DNA of 64,000 bases, from contig CAVWLP010000002.1 of assembly GCA_963755915.1 (NCBI GenBank), positions 4,448,001-4,512,000 on the forward strand, written 5' to 3'. The stretch's first letter is position 1, and the number at the start of each line of letters is the position of its first letter. This document shows positions 30,781-40,327 of the stretch, one piece after another. Position numbers and translations under genes: made by a program. This DNA is from an uncultured Phycisphaerales bacterium (GTDB lineage Bacteria; Planctomycetota; Phycisphaerae; Tepidisphaerales; Tepidisphaeraceae). The notes under the pieces were generated by a model, which searched no databases, was not told the DNA's origin, and worked only from the letters and a program-made list of their open reading frames with translations.

Positions 30781-31446
30781 CTATTCTTCCACTTTCTTGA
30801 CGCGAGCCGTGATGGACTTACGAACAAAAAGGACGCCGCCGTTGGGTCCGGGCAGGCATCCTTTGATCAGCAGCAGGTTGTTTTCTTTGTCGATCTTAAC
30901 GAGGGGATGATTTCGAACGGTGACCTGGTCCATGCCCATATGGCCCGCCATGCGGACGCCTTTTTTGGGCTTACCACACTGACCGCGCCACGTCGCTCTC
31001 GAGGCGATCGAGCCGGGCGAGCGATGCTTTCTTTCCGTTCCGTGCGACGCCGGCTGGCCGCCGAAATGGTGGCGCTTCATCACACCGGCCGTACCCTTGC
31101 CTTTGCTGGTACCGATGACGTCGACAAACTGCACGTCATTGAACAGATCCACTTTCACTTCCGCCCCGGGCGCCAGATCGGTCGCGTCCTTCAACCGGAT
31201 CTCGCGGAAAAACCGCTTGGGCCCAACCCCCGCCTTGGCTGCATGCCCAATCAGCGGCATCCGGCTCAGCTTCGCCTTCGTGTCTTTATAGCCAAGCTGC
31301 ACCGCGTTATAGCCATCGGTGTCAACCTTCTTCACTTGCGTCACATGGCATTGCCCGCCCTGCACGACTGTAACGGGGACAACGCTCCCCTTCTCGTCAT
31401 AGACGCGGGTCATGCCGATTTTGGTTCCAAGTAGTGCCGGCGTCAT
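30781..31446 (-). CDS. rplC: 50S ribosomal protein L3
   Basis: GTKIGMT; DGYNAVQ; SKGKGTAGVMKRH; MAGHMG. Confidence 0.98.
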   Translation of the reverse strand: MTPALLGTKIGMTRVYDEKGSVVPVTVVQGGQCHVTQVKKVDTDGYNAVQLGYKDTKAKLSRMPLIGHAAKAGVGPKRFFREIRLKDATDLAPGAEVKVDLFNDVQFVDVIGTSKGKGTAGVMKRHHFGGQPASHGTERKHRSPGSIASRATWRGQCGKPKKGVRMAGHMGMDQVTVRNHPLVKIDKENNLLLIKGCLPGPNGGVLFVRKSITARVKKVEE

Positions 31447-31471
31447 GGCCGTAACCTTTCGCTCTTATCCA

Positions 31472-31540
31472 AGTGCCGCCGGTGTCCTCACCGGCGGAAT
31501 TCGCAGTCCAAAAACCGCCGGTGAGGACACCGGCGGCACT
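31472..31540. repeat. REPIN-like element with a 26-bp perfect inverted repeat
   Basis: AGTGCCGCCGGTGTCCTCACCGGCGG at 31472-31497 and its reverse complement at 31515-31540. Each arm is itself a hairpin. Confidence 0.8.
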
Positions 31541-31560
31541 GAAGTGCGAAAACTCTCCGA

Positions 31561-31611
31561 GACACGCGGCCCTTTTCAGGGCATTTGGGTTCTTGGTTGA
31601 ACCCCACGGTC
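31561..31611 (-). ncRNA. Candidate structured cis-regulatory RNA (three-way junction) upstream of rplC
   Basis: Minus strand GACCGUG-GGGUUC-aaccaa-GAACCC-aaau-GCCCU-GAAA-AGGGC-CGCGuGUC. Confidence 0.45.
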
Positions 31612-31618
31612 TAGCAAC

Positions 31619-31644
31619 AAAAAACGCTCCTTAAATCAGGAGCG
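31619..31644 (-). terminator. Intrinsic terminator or attenuator directly after rpsJ
   Basis: Minus strand CGCTCCT-gattta-AGGAGCG-TTTTTT. Confidence 0.7.
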
Positions 31645-31661
31645 TGTATCAATTAAAAAAA

Positions 31662-31970
31662 TCAGGCCTTGATCTTAACAAACACACCGGCCGGTACGAC
31701 CAGCCGGTTAAGCGCCTCCACCGTCCTGGCCGTCGGCTCGAAGATGTCGATCACGCGCTTATGCGTGCGCATCTCGAACTGCTCCCGGCTCTTCTTATCA
31801 ATGTGCGGGCTGCGAAGCACCGTATACCGCTCGATCCGCGTCGGAACCGGAATCGGCCCACAAACCCGGGCATTGGTCCGCTTGGCGTGGTCAACAATCT
31901 CCCGCGCCGAGGCGTCAAGTGCCCGGTGGTCATAAGCTTCCATCCGAATTCGAATCCGATCACCTTGCAT
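31662..31970 (-). CDS. rpsJ: 30S ribosomal protein S10 (NusE)
   Basis: [37 protein letters not shown]. Confidence 0.98.
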   Translation of the reverse strand: MQGDRIRIRMEAYDHRALDASAREIVDHAKRTNARVCGPIPVPTRIERYTVLRSPHIDKKSREQFEMRTHKRVIDIFEPTARTVEALNRLVVPAGVFVKIKA

Positions 31971-32036
31971 ACTGTTCTCGCAAACGTCTTTTGCTTCCTT
32001 AACCGCTTCCTTTTATTCCTTCAGGAAGGACGAAAC

Positions 32037-32064
32037 AGTTTACGGACGAGCTTTGGGTTGTCAA
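32037..32064 (-). promoter_or_regulatory. Sigma70 promoter of the S10 operon
   Basis: TTGACA-N16-TAAACT on the minus strand. Confidence 0.7.
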
Positions 32065-32131
32065 GTTGGGAAAATGAACGTTTTCAATTCCCGTAAATCA
32101 TGCCTGGGGTATTTGCTCCACCATCACCCCC

Positions 32132-34371
32132 CTAACGCATCCCGGGCACTTCCCCCGATTGCACATGCAACCATCCCATCCAACGAAGCAAAAAATACTC
32201 ATTGAACGGCTGATCATCCGTCATAATCACCCGCTCACCCGGAGTCGGCAAAGCCCTGAAATCAATCTCCCTCTTTAAAACGTGGTCAAGATAGCCCGCC
32301 GCGTCCTCCCCATTCGACCATTCCAGAAGATCCGTCCTGGCACCCTCCGGCATCCGGGCCGCGACCTCTTCCCCATCCAGCTTTGGAATCGGCTCCATCG
32401 AGCCCAGCATATGCAATCCCTGCGCTTCAATCGGCAAAAATCCTCGCACGTACGGAAACGATTCCCGGAACGAGCGAATAATCGCCAGCGCCGTCGCGTT
32501 GATCCCGCCCGGTAACCACATCTGCACGATCCCATTCCGGTTCAAATCCTGCTTCGCCAGCGAATAAAACTCTGTCGAATACAAAAGACTCGATCCAGCC
32601 GCCTCAATCGGCGGTGGTGGATCGACCACGATCACGTCAAATTTTCGCCCGCAGCGCCGAAGATACCGCCTGCCATCGTCGATGATAATGTGCCCATTCG
32701 GGTTGCTCAGACATTTATCCGCATCCGCATGATAATAACCAAACGCCTGCGGCACTGCCGGAACCAGCTCCACCGCGCTGGTATCAATATTCCATGACAG
32801 CGCCGAGCGATACGTCGTTCCCATCCCGAAACAAATCACCAGCGTCGATTTCGCCGGACCTTCATGCAATCCGAGCGGCAAATCCACCATGAATTTTGTG
32901 ATCGGCGTCAGGATCGTCATCCCCACTCCGTTGACCAGCAGGATTTTCCCCATACCACTCCCGCCCGAAAGAACCGTCGCCGCGTAATCCCGCCGGATCA
33001 CGCAACCCGGGTCAGTCTCGCGGTACATCCACTCCGCATCATGCGAAAAAAATAGCGTGAAACCCACCTCGGCAACCAATGCCGCCGTCAACCCCACCCT
33101 CACCGGCCCAAAACGGGAACCGCGATGCCCAATCCAATACACCACAAACGGCATCCCGAGCAAAATCAGCGCCCACCGCTCGCTGATATAGGGTAAAAGC
33201 AGATACCCACCGGCCAGTGGCCCCAGAATGCACCCCACCACATTAACCGCATAGGCCTGCCCCGCGCGCCGCGGCCGGCCCGATGCATATCGATCGATCA
33301 GGCTCGGCGTCAGGTAGCCCAATACCGCGCAAAACGGACAGATGCTCGCCAGCAACACAATATCGCTCGAAAGATCCATCGTTCCCGCGCGGGAGCTTAT
33401 CACCACCACTCGCGGATCATTCACCAGCACCGGCAAAAATACCGTGAAGCCAAGGGCAACGAGCAGTGTCCCATATGAAAGCACCCGACGTCGCGAAATA
33501 CCCCGCCGATAAAGCCACGATCCCAAAATGTCGCGCCCAAATAGGTAAAAACAACGGACGCGAACGAATACACCTCCGTTCCCAGCAGCGGCGTAAACGC
33601 GCGAGACCACACCACCTCCATCGCCATCGACGCAAAACCTGTCGAAAACAGCACCGCCCGGATAACCCCGTCCGGCAGCACTTCCGCTGATTTAGGCACG
33701 TTGAGCCTGACCTGCGCTTGCGGAAATGTCTTAACTTCACGCCGAGACCTCACTCCCAGCCAAACGCTGATCGCCGTGATGATGAAATTTCCCCCCGCCG
33801 CTACGCACAGCGTGCCATGAAACCCAAATAGCTCGACCAGCGCCACGGCCGTCGCCAGCGTGCCGCACATCGCTCCCAGCACGTTGGCCAGGTAGAGAAA
33901 GCTGAAGCTGCTGTTGTTGCCCTCCACCCGTTCCCGGATGTACGCCATCATGAACGGAAACGTCGTCCCCATGCAAAAGCACCAGGGAAGAATCGATATC
34001 GCCACCGCCAGCGCCGACAGCAGCAGATATCCCGAGGAATTCATTTGCCCTGCCGGAAGCAGAATTCGCTCGCACACGTCGAACAGCTTTGGCGCCGCGA
34101 ACGCTCCCACCCCGATCAGAAACTCCGTCGCGCCGTAAAAGATCGCGGCCGACAATCCAGTTCGTTCAACCAGCCACGCGATCGACCGCCCCCCCCACCA
34201 CGATCCAACGGCCAGCCCGAGCATGAATACCGAAAGGACGACGGACAGCACCGGCGTAATGATCCCGAACGACGCGAATGCCAGCCGCGCCCACACGACC
34301 TGATACACCAGCCCCGAGAACCCCGATATAAAAAACAGAAGGAAAAGGATCGCCCGCCAGTATCGAGTCAT
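32132..34371 (-). CDS. Fused MFS-like membrane domain and spermidine-synthase-like domain (apparent frameshift near 33527)
   Basis: FISGFSGLVYQVVWAR; YLANVLGA; VICFGMGTT; VEL; DDGRRYL; FDVIVVDP. Confidence 0.88.
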
Positions 34372-34429
34372 GCGTGCCAGTCATCTACCGGGGACAGGGC
34401 GGTTAATCAAGAAATCGCGGGTTGCCTGT

Positions 34430-35761
34430 TCATCCGTTTTGGCTTTGCGATCTCCGCACCTCAATACTCCGCGCGTGGCCATCCAGCCCTTCCGCTTCCG
34501 CCATCGTCACAATCGCCTCCGCATCCCCCCGCAGCCCCTTCTCATCATATTTCTCCACGCTCGCCCGCTTCATAAACTCGAAGACGCTGATCCCGCTCGA
34601 AAACCGCGCCGTCGTATTCGTCGGCAAACAGTGGCTCGGCCCCGCGACATAATCCCCCGCCGCCACCGGCGAATACGGCCCGACGAAAATCGCCCCGCCG
34701 CTGCGGAGTTTTTTCAGAACCGATTCATCATCGCGCGTCTGAATGTTCACGTGCTCCGCCGCGAATCGATTCGCCAGCTCAATCAGCGCATCCATCGACG
34801 TGCCGAGAACGATCGCGCTGTGTTCCTTCAGCGCCCTTTCAATCGCAGCCTTGCGCGAAAGCTGCGGAAGCTGCAATCCGATTTCGCGCACCACCGCATC
34901 CGCGACTTTTTTGGAATCCGTCAACAAAAAACAGCTCCCCGGATCATGCTCCGCCTGGGCCAGCAGGTCGGCGGCAATGAATTTCGCATTCCCCGTCTCA
35001 TCCGCCAGCGCCAGGATTTCGCTCGGCCCCAGAAATCCATCGATCCCCACGCATCCGGCCAGGGCCCGCTTGGCAAGCTGCACATAGACATTCCCTGGCC
35101 CCACGATCTTATCGACGCGCGGAATCGTCTGCGTCCCAAACGCCATCGCCGCGATGGCAGCCGCCCCGCCGGCGCGGAAGACTTCTGTCAGCTTCAGCTC
35201 ATGGCAAGCCGCCAGGACCAGGTCGATCTTCCCAAACCTACTCGGTGGCGAGCAGACAACGATTTTTTTCACTCCCGCCACCTGCGCCGGGACAGCGAGC
35301 ATAATCAGGGTTGACGGATATGCCGCCTTCCCACCCGGAAAATAAAGCCCTGCTGAATCCAGCGGCGTAAACCGCATCGAAAGCTCGACGCCAGGCCGTT
35401 TCAGCGGAGCCATCTCACCCGGCATGAGGTGCTGCTGATATTGGCGCACCTGCGCGATCGATCGGCGGATCGCGTCCAACTGTTTCGCCGGCGTGCGCGA
35501 ATGCGCCTCCGCCATTTCCTTCGTAGAAATATGGATTTGATCTGCCCTGAAATCCGGATCGTCAAACTGCCGCGCGCTCTCGACAACCGCGGCATCCCCA
35601 AGCTGCGAAACATCCGCGAGGATTTTCTGCACCGAGGCGATCTGTTTGGCGAGTTCACCTTTCCCGGTCGCCAGTGCAACCGGATCTAAAGCGAGCTGCG
35701 CCAGTAGCGTTTCCACGCGAGCAGATTCAGCGGGGTTGTCTAATGACAGGATCGGGATCAT
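34430..35761 (-). CDS. hisD: Histidinol dehydrogenase
   Basis: PGGKAAYPST; KIVGPGNVYV; GPSEI; AQAEHD; GDYVAGPSHCLPT. Confidence 0.97.
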   Translation of the reverse strand: MIPILSLDNPAESARVETLLAQLALDPVALATGKGELAKQIASVQKILADVSQLGDAAVVESARQFDDPDFRADQIHISTKEMAEAHSRTPAKQLDAIRRSIAQVRQYQQHLMPGEMAPLKRPGVELSMRFTPLDSAGLYFPGGKAAYPSTLIMLAVPAQVAGVKKIVVCSPPSRFGKIDLVLAACHELKLTEVFRAGGAAAIAAMAFGTQTIPRVDKIVGPGNVYVQLAKRALAGCVGIDGFLGPSEILALADETGNAKFIAADLLAQAEHDPGSCFLLTDSKKVADAVVREIGLQLPQLSRKAAIERALKEHSAIVLGTSMDALIELANRFAAEHVNIQTRDDESVLKKLRSGGAIFVGPYSPVAAGDYVAGPSHCLPTNTTARFSSGISVFEFMKRASVEKYDEKGLRGDAEAIVTMAEAEGLDGHARSIEVRRSQSQNG

Positions 35762-35863
35762 TTACCGCCTTTTCGCTTTCCTAAACCTCCCAGTTTATCC
35801 AGTTTGTTGCGGACTGTTACCTTTTGTACCGCAGGTCCCCGCCGAAAAAAATTCTCCCGGCGA

Positions 35864-36979
35864 TCACTTCGTCACCCAGCACGCTGCCAGATGATTGGGC
35901 TTTCCATCTTTCATTTCCAGCATCGGAACTTCCGTCGCGCATTTGCGCAGCACGCGAAACTTTTCCGCCCCACTGCTCACCTCCATCGTCCCTCCAAAAT
36001 CCGCGACGCGAAGCGAAATCGTCCGGCTGGTCCCCTGCTGAGAAATATTCACAATCGCGTTCTGATCGGCCGTAGCCGCCCCCGCGCGTTAGTGGGCACC
36101 TCGGATGAAACGGACACCCGCTCGGCGGATTCGTCGGCGACGGCACCTCGCCCCCCAGCACAATCCGCTCCCGGCTGCGCCGCGGATCCGGCTCCGGCGC
36201 CGCCGACAACAGCGCCGCCGTATACGGATGCTTCGGATTCGCATAAAGCTCCCGCGCCTCCGCCCTCTCGACGATCCGCCCCAAATACATCACCGCCACG
36301 TCATCCGAAAAATGCTCCACGACAGCCAGGTTATGCGCGATAAACAAATACGCGATCCCCCGCTCCGCCCGCAGATCGGCCAGCAGATTGAGAATCTGGC
36401 TCTGAATCGAAACGTCCAGCGCCGACACCGGCTCATCGCACACAATAAAGTCCGGCGAAAGCGACAGCGCCGCGCAATCCCGATCCGCTGCCGCTGCCCC
36501 CCCGAAAACTCGTGCGGATATTTGTTCGCATCCCCCTCATCCAGCCCCACGCGCCGCAGCAGGGACGCCACCATCGCCCGCTTCTCCTCCCCGCGGGCGA
36601 TTTTGTGCACTTCGATCGGCTCGCCGATGATATTCCCGACGCGCATGCGGGGATTCAAACTGCTCACCGGATCCTGAAAAATGATCTGCATCCGCCGCCG
36701 CATGTTGCGAAGCGCTTCGCCGCGATAGGCGAGAAAATCATGCCCGTCGTATCTGATCGAGCCCGACGTCGGAGGAATAAGCCGCAGGATCGACCGCCCC
36801 ACCGTCGTCTTCCCACACCCGCTTTCGCCGACAAGGCCCAGCGTTCTGCCGCGGTGGACGTCGAACGACACGCCGTCAACCGCTTTCACCCAGCCGACCG
36901 TTCGCGAAAAGATTCCGCGCTTGATCGGGAAATAAGTTTTGAGGTCGCGGATTTGCAGCAGCGGTTCGCCGTTGTTCAT
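35864..36979 (-). CDS. oppF: Oligopeptide ABC transporter ATPase, OppF/DppF-like (apparent frameshifts near 36470 and 36080)
   Basis: [37 protein letters not shown]...ACW. Confidence 0.9.
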
Positions 36980-38019
36980 CGCGTCACCTCGGCGGCGGGC
37001 CTGCGCGCATCAATCACCGGCGGCGTAATCTTTCCGACCGCGAATCCCTCGATGTGATGACACGACCCCCAATGTCCCGGCGAAAATTCCCGCAGCGCCG
37101 GCTCCTGATTCGCGCACAGCGGATCGCCGTTCATCCGCGGGCAGCGCGGATGAAACTTGCACCCGCTGGGAAATGCCCGCGGGCTCGGCACCGTCCCTGA
37201 AATCGTCTGCAATCGCTCGTTGACGTGCCCTAACCGCGGCATGGCGCGAAACAGCCCTTCGGTGTATGGATGTTTTGGCGAATCAAACAGCTCCCCCACC
37301 GCCGCGAATTCAACCACCTTGCTCGCATACATCACCGCAACCGCATCCGCGTTTTCGGCGACGACGCCCAGATCGTGCGTAATCAGCATCACGGCCATCC
37401 CGCGCTCGTTCTGCAGTTTCCGCAGCAGCTCCAGAATCTGCGCCTGGATGGTCACATCCAGCGCCGTCGTCGGCTCGTCCGCGATCAGAAGTTTCGGCCG
37501 GCAGGAGAGAGCCATGGCGATCATAATGCGCTGCCGCATCCCACCCGAAAGGCGATGCGGATACTCGTGAATTCGCTTGCCCGCGTCGGCGATCCCCACA
37601 TCGTGCATCGCCTCCTCGGCGATCTCGTAGGCCTTTCGAGTGCCGACGTTTTGATGGAGCTGCACGGCTTCGACGATCTGCTCCCCGACGGTGAAGACCG
37701 GGTTGAGGGAGGTCATCGGCTCCTGAAAGATCATGGCGATCTCAGAGCCGCGCACGCCGCGCATCTGCTTCTCGGTCAGCGAAAGAAGATTTCGCCCTTC
37801 GAAAAGAACCTGTCCGCCGAGGACCTTGCTCGGCGGGCTGGGAATCAGGCGGAGGATCGAAAGAGCCGTCACCGATTTTCCGCAGCCGCTCTCCCCCACC
37901 ACGGCCACGGTCTGCCCCGGAAAAATCGTCAGCGAAGCGCCTTGAACGGGACGGATTTCCCCACGCGGCGTGTCAAACGCCACGGTCAGGTCGCGAACTT
38001 CAAGCAGCGGCTTGGGCAT
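36976..38019 (-). CDS. oppD: Oligopeptide ABC transporter ATPase, OppD/DppD-like
   Basis: [30 protein letters not shown]-terminal Cys cluster. Confidence 0.93.
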   Translation of the reverse strand: MPKPLLEVRDLTVAFDTPRGEIRPVQGASLTIFPGQTVAVVGESGCGKSVTALSILRLIPSPPSKVLGGQVLFEGRNLLSLTEKQMRGVRGSEIAMIFQEPMTSLNPVFTVGEQIVEAVQLHQNVGTRKAYEIAEEAMHDVGIADAGKRIHEYPHRLSGGMRQRIMIAMALSCRPKLLIADEPTTALDVTIQAQILELLRKLQNERGMAVMLITHDLGVVAENADAVAVMYASKVVEFAAVGELFDSPKHPYTEGLFRAMPRLGHVNERLQTISGTVPSPRAFPSGCKFHPRCPRMNGDPLCANQEPALREFSPGHWGSCHHIEGFAVGKITPPVIDARRPAAEVTR

Positions 38020-39233
38020 TATTTCGCATCCTGGAACTTTGGGTCCAGCGCATCGCGCAGCGCCTCGCCGATAAGGTTATAGGCGAAGACCGTCAGGAAA
38101 ATCGCCAGGCCCGGATAAAGCGCAATCCACCAGTAAAACGTGCCGCCCTCGCCTAGGGCCTGCTCGAGGAGGTTTCCCCAGCTTGCTTCGTTGACCAGGC
38201 CGATGCCCAGAAAGCTGAGGGTGCTTTCGACAAGGATGGCGCTGGCGACGCCGAAGCTGGCACTGACGATCAACGGGGTGAGGCCGTTGGGAAGCATGTG
38301 GCGGAAAAGGATCGACCGCACCGGTAACCCGGCCGTGCGCGCGGCCTGCACGAAATCTCGCTGGCGGAGGCTCAGAAACTCGGCGCGGATGAAATAGGCA
38401 TATCCCACCCAGCTCGTGGCGCCGATGATGGCCATCATGATGTACAAATTTGGCGGGAAAATAGCGACAAAACAGAGAAGCAGCAGCAGCGTTGGGATGG
38501 CGTCGAAAATTTCGACGAACCGCATGCCTATCAGGTCGATCCAGCCGACGTAATATCCCATCAACCCCCCTACGATGACGCCGATGATCAGGGCGATACC
38601 CGTGGAGATAAATCCGATGGAGAGGGCGATGCGCGTGGCGTAGATCATGTTGCTGCACAGATCAGCCGCGTCGGCGGTGGTGCCCATCAGGTGAGTGTGG
38701 GATGGGGCCGTCAGGCGGACGTTCCACTGGTCGCGAAGATGATCGTCGGGGGAGAATGGGATGGGGGCGTTAAACACCGAATCGATTTTTCCCGTCTGCT
38801 CGTCCACGCGATAGGTTTGATAGACGACGATCTGCGGCGGATTGATAACAAACGGAAAAATCGCGATTGACGCAGCGATGACGCAAAACCAGAGGGTCCA
38901 GCGCGTTTTTCTGGCCAGCCCGGGGAGAAAATACAGGATTGCCGCGCTCCAGAAGATCACCTGAAGGATCACATCGGCCGGCGAAAGATAGGTGAGCAAG
39001 GGGCTGGACCAGTGGCCATTTTCGTGAATCAAATAGGGATGCGAGTTGGCGACCAATGGGCCGAAGACAGCGAAGAATACCAACGCGCAAATCCAGATGA
39101 GGCCCAGGATCGCGCCGGTGCGATGCAGCACCGCCTCGATGACCTGGCTCGTGTAGGTGCGCGAGGGAATGGCCGTCTCGGTGGCGAGCAGCTCGCCGTG
39201 GCCGTGCGGGGTGATGGTTCCGAATTCGGTCAT
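38019..39233 (-). CDS. Peptide ABC transporter permease, OppC-like (copy 2)
   Basis: [38 protein letters not shown]. Confidence 0.92.
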   Translation of the reverse strand: MTEFGTITPHGHGELLATETAIPSRTYTSQVIEAVLHRTGAILGLIWICALVFFAVFGPLVANSHPYLIHENGHWSSPLLTYLSPADVILQVIFWSAAILYFLPGLARKTRWTLWFCVIAASIAIFPFVINPPQIVVYQTYRVDEQTGKIDSVFNAPIPFSPDDHLRDQWNVRLTAPSHTHLMGTTADAADLCSNMIYATRIALSIGFISTGIALIIGVIVGGLMGYYVGWIDLIGMRFVEIFDAIPTLLLLLCFVAIFPPNLYIMMAIIGATSWVGYAYFIRAEFLSLRQRDFVQAARTAGLPVRSILFRHMLPNGLTPLIVSASFGVASAILVESTLSFLGIGLVNEASWGNLLEQALGEGGTFYWWIALYPGLAIFLTVFAYNLIGEALRDALDPKFQDAK

Positions 39234-39235
39234 GG

Positions 39236-40309
39236 TTATTCGTAGCTCACGCGCGGGTCGGCGACGGCGTAGATGATGTCGCGGAGGATCTGACTGAGAA
39301 GCCCGATCAGGCCGCCGATGAGGGTGACGGCCATGACGACTTCGCGGTCGCGAAATTGGACGGATTCCACGCCGAGCCTGCCCATTCCCGGAATGCTGAA
39401 GATCGATTCGACGACAACAGAGCCGCTAATCATCGCGGGCAAAATGCTGGCCGCGACAGTGATCAGTGCCAGCAGACTATTCCGGAAAACGTGGCGATAA
39501 AGGACATCGTGCTCGGAAACGCCTTTCGCGCGGGAGGTGCGAACGTAATCGGATTCGAGATTTTCGAGGATGGAGCCGCGCATGAGCTTCGTCAGGAATG
39601 CCGAGCTACCGTAGCTGAGGCAGACGACCGGAAGCACCAAGTGCCAGATTGCGTCAAGAACCCAACCGCGGCTCCAGCCGCTGGCGGTCCAGTGCGGGAA
39701 AAAGGCCATGGCGATTGCTTCGGGCTCGTGCAGGCCGGAGGTGGGGAATAGCTTGATGTATTGCCGGTTGGCCAAGAGGCCGATGAGCATGACGCCGGCC
39801 CAGATCGTGGGGACCGACCAGGCGGCAAGCTGCGAGAGCGATGTGGCCGTGTCGTACCAGCCGCCGCGATGCCGGGCGGAGATGATTCCGGTGATGATGC
39901 CGAAGCCGTAGACGAAGGGGATGCTGACGAGGTTCAGCAGCAAAGTTATCGGCAGCGCCTCGGCGATCAAGTCGATCACAGGCCGATGCTGCGCCAGGCT
40001 TTCCCCGAGGCTCGGAAATTTCAGTCCGAATTTCCCCAGCGTACCATCTTCATTTGGCCGGAAACCGATCGGTGAAATCAGGTTTAGCCAGCGGCCGTAC
40101 TGGACCATCTTCGGCTTGTCGATGCCGTAGCGTTTTTCGTAATACTCGCGAACGTAATGAGCCTCCTGGCTTTTGAGATTCCCGGATTTGTCGAGCAGCG
40201 GGCCGCCGATGCCGCCGGGGGAATAGGCCATCGTGAAAAAGACCAGTGCCGTAATCCCCAGCAGCGTGGGAAACATCAGCAGACAGCGGCGGACGATGTA
40301 GGTGAACAT
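39236..40309 (-). CDS. Peptide ABC transporter permease, OppB-like (copy 2)
   Basis: DYVRTSRAKG; HVFRNS; VESIFSIPGMG; DPR. Confidence 0.92.
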   Translation of the reverse strand: MFTYIVRRCLLMFPTLLGITALVFFTMAYSPGGIGGPLLDKSGNLKSQEAHYVREYYEKRYGIDKPKMVQYGRWLNLISPIGFRPNEDGTLGKFGLKFPSLGESLAQHRPVIDLIAEALPITLLLNLVSIPFVYGFGIITGIISARHRGGWYDTATSLSQLAAWSVPTIWAGVMLIGLLANRQYIKLFPTSGLHEPEAIAMAFFPHWTASGWSRGWVLDAIWHLVLPVVCLSYGSSAFLTKLMRGSILENLESDYVRTSRAKGVSEHDVLYRHVFRNSLLALITVAASILPAMISGSVVVESIFSIPGMGRLGVESVQFRDREVVMAVTLIGGLIGLLSQILRDIIYAVADPRVSYE

Positions 40310-40327
40310 AAGAGGCGGAGCAAGGGT

